Part shown: positions 57,740 through 64,000 of the stretch, one piece after another | Numbering within the stretch: position 1 is the first letter of the stretch | How the letters are laid out: each line of letters opens with the position of its first letter | Assembly: GCA_040767085.1 (NCBI GenBank) | Contig: JAXGPF010000010.1 | Coordinates: 173,133 to 237,132, forward strand | DNA: 64,000 nucleotides | Direction: 5' to 3' | DNA from: Kiritimatiellia bacterium | GTDB taxonomy: Bacteria; Verrucomicrobiota; Kiritimatiellia; JAAZAB01 | Program-made: the position numbers and the translations under genes | The notes under the pieces: model-generated | What the model saw: only the letters and a program-made list of their open reading frames with translations | Databases searched by the model: none | What the model was told of the DNA's origin: nothing

Positions 57740-59491
57740 ATGAACCTCATCCAAGCGCCGGCGGTTGCCGGAATATTGGCGGCATCCCTGTTTGCCATCC
57801 TCGGCGCTGGTATTGCTTCATCGCAATCCGTAGGCAACGAGGAACGCGACGCCCGCGCCGCCGGCGAGTTGAAATCCTATCTGAAACAATATCCTGCCGC
57901 GGATGCGGATGGCGATGGCATCCTGGCGGTGGCCGAACGCGATCGGCACCGGCGGCAGACGGTTCTTGCAAAATTCCCGCCCGGCGCAACCAATTATTCC
58001 ACCATGATTCCCATGCGCGACGGCGTGCGCCTGGCGACGGAGATTTTTCTGCCGCCGGGACCAGGCCCCTGGCCGGCGGTGCTGACCCGAACCGCCTACG
58101 GGCGCTGGAGCGCGGCGCTCCGGGACGCCGGCACGTTCGGCCAACATGGAGTGGCCTTTGTCACCCAGGACTTGCGCGGCGACGGCGATGCGGAAGGCGC
58201 CGGAACACTCGATCCGCTTTCCTTCGACAATGAAATCGAAGACGGTTACGATGCCGTGGAATGGGTCGCGCGCCAGCCATGGTGCAACGGGCGGGTCGGC
58301 ATCCAGGGCACGAGCGGACACGGCTTTGCCGGGTGCATGGCCATGCTGGCCAATCCGCCGCACCTGGTGGCGGTGCAATCCATCAATTCCGGCGGCAATG
58401 CGTATCTTTACTGGACCTTCCAGAACGGCGCGCGGCGTTACATGTTCAATTGGATGAAGAATCGCAATGCGCCCGTGCCGGACTGGCCGAAACCGACCAT
58501 CCGGTTGTTTGACCGCGCCGCCTATGACGCCCGGGTGCGGCGCAGCGCCGCGTCCAATCATACGGTTTTCATCGCCAAGTCCGGCTGGTACGACATCTTC
58601 GCCGAGGGCGGTTTGGATTACCTGGCAGCTTTCGGCGCCGCCGGCAAGGTATTTGTCACCATGGACGCCAGCGGGCATGGACCGATGCAGGGCCTGAAAT
58701 TTCCGCGCCGCGCCTTCCCGGCCGGCATTAAAACACCGGAGTTTATTTCAGTATTGAAGGGTGCTGCCGAATTACCGGAGCGTTCCATGCTGTTATATTA
58801 CCTGATGGGCGATGTTGTCGCATCCAACGCTCCCGGCAATGTATGGAAAGTTGCCCATGCATGGCCCCTGCCGCATATTGCAACACGGTTTTACCTGCGC
58901 GATTCGGGCGCTTTGGCGCACGAAAAATCCGACGCCACAAATGCCTGCCTGAGTTATGTTTATGCTCCGGGCAATCCCGTCCCGACGCTGGGCGGGGCGA
59001 TGATGGGTTCGCCCGGACCGGTGGATCAGCGGCCGCTCGCGGCGCGGACCGATATCCTGCGGTTTTTGTCGGAACCTTTGGCCAAGCCGCTGGAAATAAC
59101 CGGCAAAGTCCGCGCCGAACTGTGTGTCAGCGCGGATGTGCCAGATACGATGTTCGTGGTCAAACTGCTGGATATTTATCCGGATGGCTACGAAGCCATC
59201 GTCAGGGAAGGGGCCATGACCGCCCGGTTCCACAAGGGGCTGGACCAGCCCGCGCCGCTGGAACCCGGCCGGATATACAAACTGGAGATTGACATGTGGA
59301 GCACGGCCTATGTTTTCAACGCCGGCCACCGGCTGGCCGTGCATGTCGCCGGCAGCGATTCTCCGAAGTACGAGGTCCATCCCAACACCTATGCGCCCTG
59401 CGCCGGGATGGATGCGGCGACGCCAGCGCGCCATACCGTTTACCTGGGCGGCGCCAATGCTTCCTGCGTGATTCTGCCGGTCATTCCCTGA
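57740..59491 (+). CDS. CocE/NonD family serine hydrolase, secreted, with EF-hand-like motif
   Basis: IPMRDGVRLAT, RTAYG, QDLRG, DGYD.VEW...QPW.NGRVG..G.S, GWYD.F, PLEITG, DADGDG. Confidence 0.9.
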   Translation: MNLIQAPAVAGILAASLFAILGAGIASSQSVGNEERDARAAGELKSYLKQYPAADADGDGILAVAERDRHRRQTVLAKFPPGATNYSTMIPMRDGVRLATEIFLPPGPGPWPAVLTRTAYGRWSAALRDAGTFGQHGVAFVTQDLRGDGDAEGAGTLDPLSFDNEIEDGYDAVEWVARQPWCNGRVGIQGTSGHGFAGCMAMLANPPHLVAVQSINSGGNAYLYWTFQNGARRYMFNWMKNRNAPVPDWPKPTIRLFDRAAYDARVRRSAASNHTVFIAKSGWYDIFAEGGLDYLAAFGAAGKVFVTMDASGHGPMQGLKFPRRAFPAGIKTPEFISVLKGAAELPERSMLLYYLMGDVVASNAPGNVWKVAHAWPLPHIATRFYLRDSGALAHEKSDATNACLSYVYAPGNPVPTLGGAMMGSPGPVDQRPLAARTDILRFLSEPLAKPLEITGKVRAELCVSADVPDTMFVVKLLDIYPDGYEAIVREGAMTARFHKGLDQPAPLEPGRIYKLEIDMWSTAYVFNAGHRLAVHVAGSDSPKYEVHPNTYAPCAGMDAATPARHTVYLGGANASCVILPVIP

Positions 59492-59499
59492 ACAAGGGA

Positions 59500-59640
59500 G
59501 AGCAGAGGATCAAAGGCACAAAGTGGGAAAGTATTCAGTTTTCAGGCGTAAAACCTTAAAACGATAAACCTTAAACTTACGCTGCCCGGTTCGTCCTCCA
59601 GGAATCACACACGCGCACACTCTCACAATCCCACACGCTT
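59500..59640. repeat. Short-repeat intergenic mosaic, inverted relative of 40690-40790
   Basis: taaaaccttaaaacgataaaccttaaacttac matches the reverse complement of 40694-40727. gcagaggatcaaagg is also shared. Confidence 0.65.
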
Positions 59641-59665
59641 TCCTGGCGGATGCTTTCCGGGCGGG

Positions 59666-60571
59666 TCAGAGTTTGCGGCGCAGGCAATAGGTGGTCAGGA
59701 TGGTGGCAATCTGCGCCACCAGGGCCGTATGGTCGGCGCCCAGGGGCAGGCGCACGCTGGTAGCCGCGGCGACGGTCTTGTAGTCGCGGTACAGGTTCTT
59801 CAAGTCCAGCAGGCTGGCGGCGGGATTGGCGACCCAGTGGTCAATGGTTTCCAGCACCATTTCCTCGTATTGATCCAGGACGTCGGTGAGATAGACGCCG
59901 GTTTCCTCGGGTGTGCCGCCGGGCGCCGAGCGCCAGACGATTTCATACAAATCGTTGGCCATGTTGGTGGCGGTGTCGGCGGTGCCGGTTTCGTACAGCC
60001 GCAGCCAGGCTTCGGAAATTTTCCACTTGGCCGGTTGGCCGTCCTTGCGGCTCAGCAGGATGGCGAAGTATTGATCCTCTTCGCCGCAGCCGCAGTCGCC
60101 GTCTTCGTCCGGCGCGTCGCAGCATTCATTCCAGGCGCGCTTGAGCAGGGTGGTCTCATTCCAGCGGCTGAAGATGCGTTCACGGTCGTTGGGATCCACG
60201 ATGATGAATTTTTCGTCATCTTCATCCTCGATGCAGCCGATGACCGCCACCCAGTGTCCCAGGTCTTTCACCAGCAGCATTGACGGCAGGCCCTTGCGCA
60301 AATGGCGGCGCAGCCGCCCGGCGAACAGTTTGCCCTTGCGCTTGTCGTCAATGTGCAGGAACTCCGAGCGGACACCATACCGGGCGGCGGCTTTGCGATT
60401 TTGCTTTTCATCGGTGCCGGCCCAGAAAATACGGCGCTGAACGCCCGCCGCGCGCGCCAGGTCGCGCTGGGTAGCTTCAATCCCCAGGATGTACAGACAG
60501 GTGGAAAGGCTGGACGGCCCGCAATAACTCGGCATTTGCGGAACTTGCATGGGCGCTAATTCAGCGGCCAT
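59666..60571 (-). CDS. C39-like papain-fold cysteine peptidase
   Basis: Q..SYCGPSSL...L..LG, GT, GHWVAV.G, IVDP. Confidence 0.8.
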   Translation of the reverse strand: MAAELAPMQVPQMPSYCGPSSLSTCLYILGIEATQRDLARAAGVQRRIFWAGTDEKQNRKAAARYGVRSEFLHIDDKRKGKLFAGRLRRHLRKGLPSMLLVKDLGHWVAVIGCIEDEDDEKFIIVDPNDRERIFSRWNETTLLKRAWNECCDAPDEDGDCGCGEEDQYFAILLSRKDGQPAKWKISEAWLRLYETGTADTATNMANDLYEIVWRSAPGGTPEETGVYLTDVLDQYEEMVLETIDHWVANPAASLLDLKNLYRDYKTVAAATSVRLPLGADHTALVAQIATILTTYCLRRKL

Positions 60572-60689
60572 AATAAATTACCTCGGGCATGGATTGGGCC
60601 GGAACAGGCTTGAAGCATTCATACTAGCACGATTTTAATTGAACAAAAGCATAAAATTGCTTGCAAATCCCGGGAACTCAGGCTAAAAA

Positions 60690-61757
60690 ATGGGTATGCC
60701 AGTACAAATCAACCATTTAGCGCATCGCAACCGTCCTGCCCGGAATATGCCGCCGGTGCTCCTGGTTTACAATCTGGACCGGGCATGGCCGGCCCATGAT
60801 ATTCAGGAGGCGGTCGAGGAAACGGAAAAACTGGGGCGCGCCATGCGGCGCCATGGCCATTCGGTCAACCTGATCCGCGTCTGCAATGCCGATTTACCGC
60901 TGCAACTGAAGCCGTATGACCCGGACCATTGGATTGTGTTCAACTGGTGCGAGGGGTTGCCCGGCGTGGACCACAGCGAGGCGGTGGCGGCGCGCATGAT
61001 TGCCGATATGAATTTCGTTTACACCGGCGCGACGCCGGAAGCCTTGAGCGCCAACTGGAACAAGCAGCAGATCAAAATCCTGCTGCAGCATGCCGGCGTC
61101 ACGACGCCGCGCTGGCAGATATACGAAGATATGGCCGCCGACGGCTGGCATTGTTTCCCGGCGATTGTCAAGCTGGCAAATGAACATTGCAGCCTGGGCG
61201 TGACGGCGAAATCGGTGGTGCTGAACCGCAAGGAATTAAAACAGCGCATCCGATATGTGCTGGATAAATTCAAGCAGCCGGCGTTGGTAGAGGATTTTAT
61301 TGACGGGCGCGAGTTTCACGTATCGCTCTGGGGCAACCATGACATTGCCGTGTTGCCGCCGGTGGAAATGGATTTCTCGGCCTTGAAGAACATTCACGAC
61401 CGCCTTTGCACCCATGGCGCCAAATTCGATCCGAATTCCCTGCATTATCGCAAGATCGTGACCCGTTTCAAAGCCAAGTTGTCGGCCGCGGAGTACGCCA
61501 GCATGGAAAAAACCGCCGTGCAGGCTTACCGTACGGCCGGCTGCCGGGATTATGCGCGGATTGACATCCGCTTGCGTAAAGGGATTTTTTACGTGCTGGA
61601 CATCAATCCCAACTCGGACTTGACGTCCGAAGCCAGCACAGCCTGCGCCGCCGCCGAAGCCGGGTATTCATACGGCGCGATGGGCAGCCGCATCGTCCGC
61701 CTGGCGGCGGAACGCCATCCGCTGTTTGGCGGCGGCAAATCGTCGATCGGTCTTTAG
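60690..61757 (+). CDS. D-Ala-D-Ala ligase-like ATP-grasp enzyme
   Basis: VFNWCEG, YTG, K..K..L...GV.TP, FP.IVK...EH.SLG, LVEDFIDGREF, RDYARID.R, DINPN. Confidence 0.85.
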   Translation: MGMPVQINHLAHRNRPARNMPPVLLVYNLDRAWPAHDIQEAVEETEKLGRAMRRHGHSVNLIRVCNADLPLQLKPYDPDHWIVFNWCEGLPGVDHSEAVAARMIADMNFVYTGATPEALSANWNKQQIKILLQHAGVTTPRWQIYEDMAADGWHCFPAIVKLANEHCSLGVTAKSVVLNRKELKQRIRYVLDKFKQPALVEDFIDGREFHVSLWGNHDIAVLPPVEMDFSALKNIHDRLCTHGAKFDPNSLHYRKIVTRFKAKLSAAEYASMEKTAVQAYRTAGCRDYARIDIRLRKGIFYVLDINPNSDLTSEASTACAAAEAGYSYGAMGSRIVRLAAERHPLFGGGKSSIGL

Positions 61758-62194
61758 CGGGCGGGATGCTCGGCCGCGACGGTAATGGCCAGCCCGCCGC
61801 GCGGATTAAACCGGCCCGTCACCCGCGCCCGCCGGGGCCGGATGGCCTTGACTACATCGTCCAGAATCCGGTTCACAGCCGCCTCGTGAAACGTCCCGTG
61901 ATTGCGATAGGCAAACAGGTAGAGTTTCAGCGACTTGCTTTCCAGGCAAAGCCGGTTGGGAATGTACTCGATCGTGATCACCCCGAAATCCGGCTGGCCG
62001 GTGATGGGGCAGAGCGCGGTGAATTCCGGGCAGTGGAAAGTGATCCAGTAGTCCCGGCGGGGATGCGCATTGGGAAACGCCTCCAGGCGCGCCTGGTCCG
62101 GGCGGGCGGGATATGCCGTGCGGGACTGTCCCAGCAAGGTTAATGCAGGTTGCGGCCGTTTGGATGGCTTGCGCGATTTGGAATTATTTTGCAT
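61754..62194 (-). CDS. queF: NADPH-dependent 7-cyano-7-deazaguanine reductase (short type)
   Basis: EFTALCPITGQPDF, ESKSLKLY, FHE, F.PRGG. Confidence 0.96.
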   Translation of the reverse strand: MQNNSKSRKPSKRPQPALTLLGQSRTAYPARPDQARLEAFPNAHPRRDYWITFHCPEFTALCPITGQPDFGVITIEYIPNRLCLESKSLKLYLFAYRNHGTFHEAAVNRILDDVVKAIRPRRARVTGRFNPRGGLAITVAAEHPAR

Positions 62195-62201
62195 ATGCCG
62201 G

Positions 62202-62229
62202 ATTATATGCATCCTGGAAACGGTGACAA
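62202..62229 (-). promoter_or_regulatory. Putative sigma70 promoter immediately before queF
   Basis: Minus strand TTGTCA-16 nt-TATAAT, 7 nt before ATG. Confidence 0.5.
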
Positions 62230-62333
62230 TCTTTTAAAATGCTTGGCCTATGCCAGGTTTCGGCACGGAACTACCAGGATGGCTCACCGCAGATTCGCCC
62301 GCCAAAATAAGAAGCATTGTTAAAACCTATGCG

Positions 62334-64000
62334 CTAGGGCACGGGGACGCCCGCCAGGCCGGAAAAAAACGGCCCGGCCTTCCGGTACGCGTTGCCGGAA
62401 AGCCAGACATGCCAGCCGTCGTTGAACACCGCCGGATCGGCCCGGCCATCGCTGTCGTAATCGCCCGGGCAGGGCGCGCCGGATGTTTCAAGCGCGAGGC
62501 TGTTCACGGCATAGCCGCTGGCGGAGAGGGCGGCCGTCCAGACGGCGCCGTTCACCATGGCCATGTCGGCTTTGCCATCGCCGTCGAAATCGGCGGCTGC
62601 CGGCTGGCCGGCGCCCAGGCCGAAGTTGAAGGAGTAGGGGTTGGCATAATTTTCCGTGGAAAGCGCCGTGTGCCAAACCTCGCCCAGGATCAACAGCGGG
62701 TCGGCCTTGCCATCGCCATCGCAATCGGCCAGGAGCGGTATGCCGGCGGCGGCGCCCAGCGCCACGGCGGTCATGGCGTAATTTTGCGAGGAGAACCAAA
62801 CCCGCCAGGCGCCGTCCGGCATCACCACGACGGGGTCGGCCTTGCCATCGCCATCCGCGTCGGCGGCCAGCATGGCGCGGCCGGGATCGCCCAGGTTCAT
62901 GGATGCCGGCGTGTAATTCGCGTCCGAGAGCCAGACGGTCAAAACGCCATCTTGCGCCAGCGCGGGATCGGCTTTGCCGTCGCCGTCGAAGTCATGCCCG
63001 CCATGGCTGGTAATGGCGAGGGAAACGCGGTAAACGCCGGCGGTATGGCCGTCGCCGAAAATACCGACATAAGCCATGCCATTGGTGTCAGGGCGCCAAT
63101 TGACGGCGGCATTCGGGACGATCAAAGCAACGCCATCGGCGGTGGGATTGCAGATGAGGGCCGAGCAGCCATTGCTGGACGTTATCCGCACCTGGTAATC
63201 TACTCCCGCACGCACAGCGATGCGGCGCCAGGTCCAGCGGTCAACGCCGGTCAAAGCGCCTGCGCAAGCGCCGCCCGCCGGCAAAATCGGGACCTGGTGG
63301 GCATCAGTAAAGCCAAATCCACCGCACAGCAGTCTTTCGCCACCATTGACTCGGACAGCCTGGATGGAGGCCGGGCCACGGTTGCTTATCCCCAGGACGA
63401 AGGCGGTATCGCCGTCATGAGGGTCAAGATAGCCGTTGCAGGCTAATGAAGCGGCATGCAGGATATTATGCCGCACATCCAGCAGCAGGCCGAAGTTGGA
63501 TGTCAACAGCCGGATATAATCGAGGGGATGCAGGTTGTCAACAAGGTAAACCCGGGAAACGCGGTTCTGCCAGGCTTCCGGGATGGGAGCCGGGGTGTAG
63601 CGGTGGCCTTTGGGCGATGTCAAATGGTAGGCCCCGGTAGCGCGGCGGGCCATCAAAACGGTATAGCCGGCCGTATTGGTGACCGTCATTTCAAGGGTCT
63701 GGGAGTCCGGATCAGAAAACCAGCCATTGGCCCGGGGGACAAGGTTGGAATGCATCTGCGGTTCTGGTTGGTCCAAGTTGACCGTCCAGGACAAGGCGCC
63801 GGGGCCAGGCGTCAGCTCATCCAGGCTGTCGCCGGTGATGTATATACCCGCCAGGGCGTCAATTTCCAGTTGCGGAATATTCGTGACAGGCGAGAAGGGC
63901 GGGACATAAGTGTTGGTCGGCCAGTGCAAAGCGCCGCCGGTTTTATCCAGCACGGCCCAGCGCAACGTTTCCACGGCCGTCTGCATCAGGTTGTGGGCGG
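62334..64000 (-). CDS. Large protein with C-terminal FG-GAP/VCBS repeats (5' end outside window)
   Basis: Five D(F/A/C/Y)D(G/S)DG(K/R)AD repeats. The frame stays open to the window end. Confidence 0.8.
   Translation of the reverse strand, partial: AHNLMQTAVETLRWAVLDKTGGALHWPTNTYVPPFSPVTNIPQLEIDALAGIYITGDSLDELTPGPGALSWTVNLDQPEPQMHSNLVPRANGWFSDPDSQTLEMTVTNTAGYTVLMARRATGAYHLTSPKGHRYTPAPIPEAWQNRVSRVYLVDNLHPLDYIRLLTSNFGLLLDVRHNILHAASLACNGYLDPHDGDTAFVLGISNRGPASIQAVRVNGGERLLCGGFGFTDAHQVPILPAGGACAGALTGVDRWTWRRIAVRAGVDYQVRITSSNGCSALICNPTADGVALIVPNAAVNWRPDTNGMAYVGIFGDGHTAGVYRVSLAITSHGGHDFDGDGKADPALAQDGVLTVWLSDANYTPASMNLGDPGRAMLAADADGDGKADPVVVMPDGAWRVWFSSQNYAMTAVALGAAAGIPLLADCDGDGKADPLLILGEVWHTALSTENYANPYSFNFGLGAGQPAAADFDGDGKADMAMVNGAVWTAALSASGYAVNSLALETSGAPCPGDYDSDGRADPAVFNDGWHVWLSGNAYRKAGPFFSGLAGVPVP

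Overview
This is a GC-rich bacterial chromosome segment. Gene content and style suggest a PVC-superphylum organism such as Kiritimatiellota or Lentisphaerota (inference only). Most of it is housekeeping: metG (partial), a SurA/PpiD-like chaperone, lipA, comEC, gcvT-gcvPA-gcvPB, ruvB, fucI, rnhC, ruvX, manC, coaX, nadC, a complete F1Fo ATP synthase operon, dnaG, cvpA, tRNA-Pro(TGG) and queF, plus carbohydrate-utilisation genes. The accessory DNA is richer. (1) Two identical 1386-bp IS1202/ISNCY-type elements lie in opposite orientation; one has a 16-bp target duplication. (2) There is a probable decayed integron at 23.3-26.3 kb. (3) A 174-bp MITE with a 4-bp target duplication sits just before the coaX start codon. 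(4) A lower-GC island follows tRNA-Pro (45.1-52.5 kb). It holds a GIY-YIG remnant with palindromic repeats, a consensus promoter and integron-like cassettes with recognisable attC sites (Zn-ribbon protein, AbiV, TerB-like/BRCT protein). It continues with an overlapping three-gene operon encoding an unknown protein, an HNH nuclease and a remodelled ComM/YifB MCM-like ATPase. That operon is the best candidate here for an undescribed anti-phage system. Also notable is an ATP synthase c subunit with a C-terminal coiled-coil extension. All calls come from motif recognition by eye; no database searches were run.
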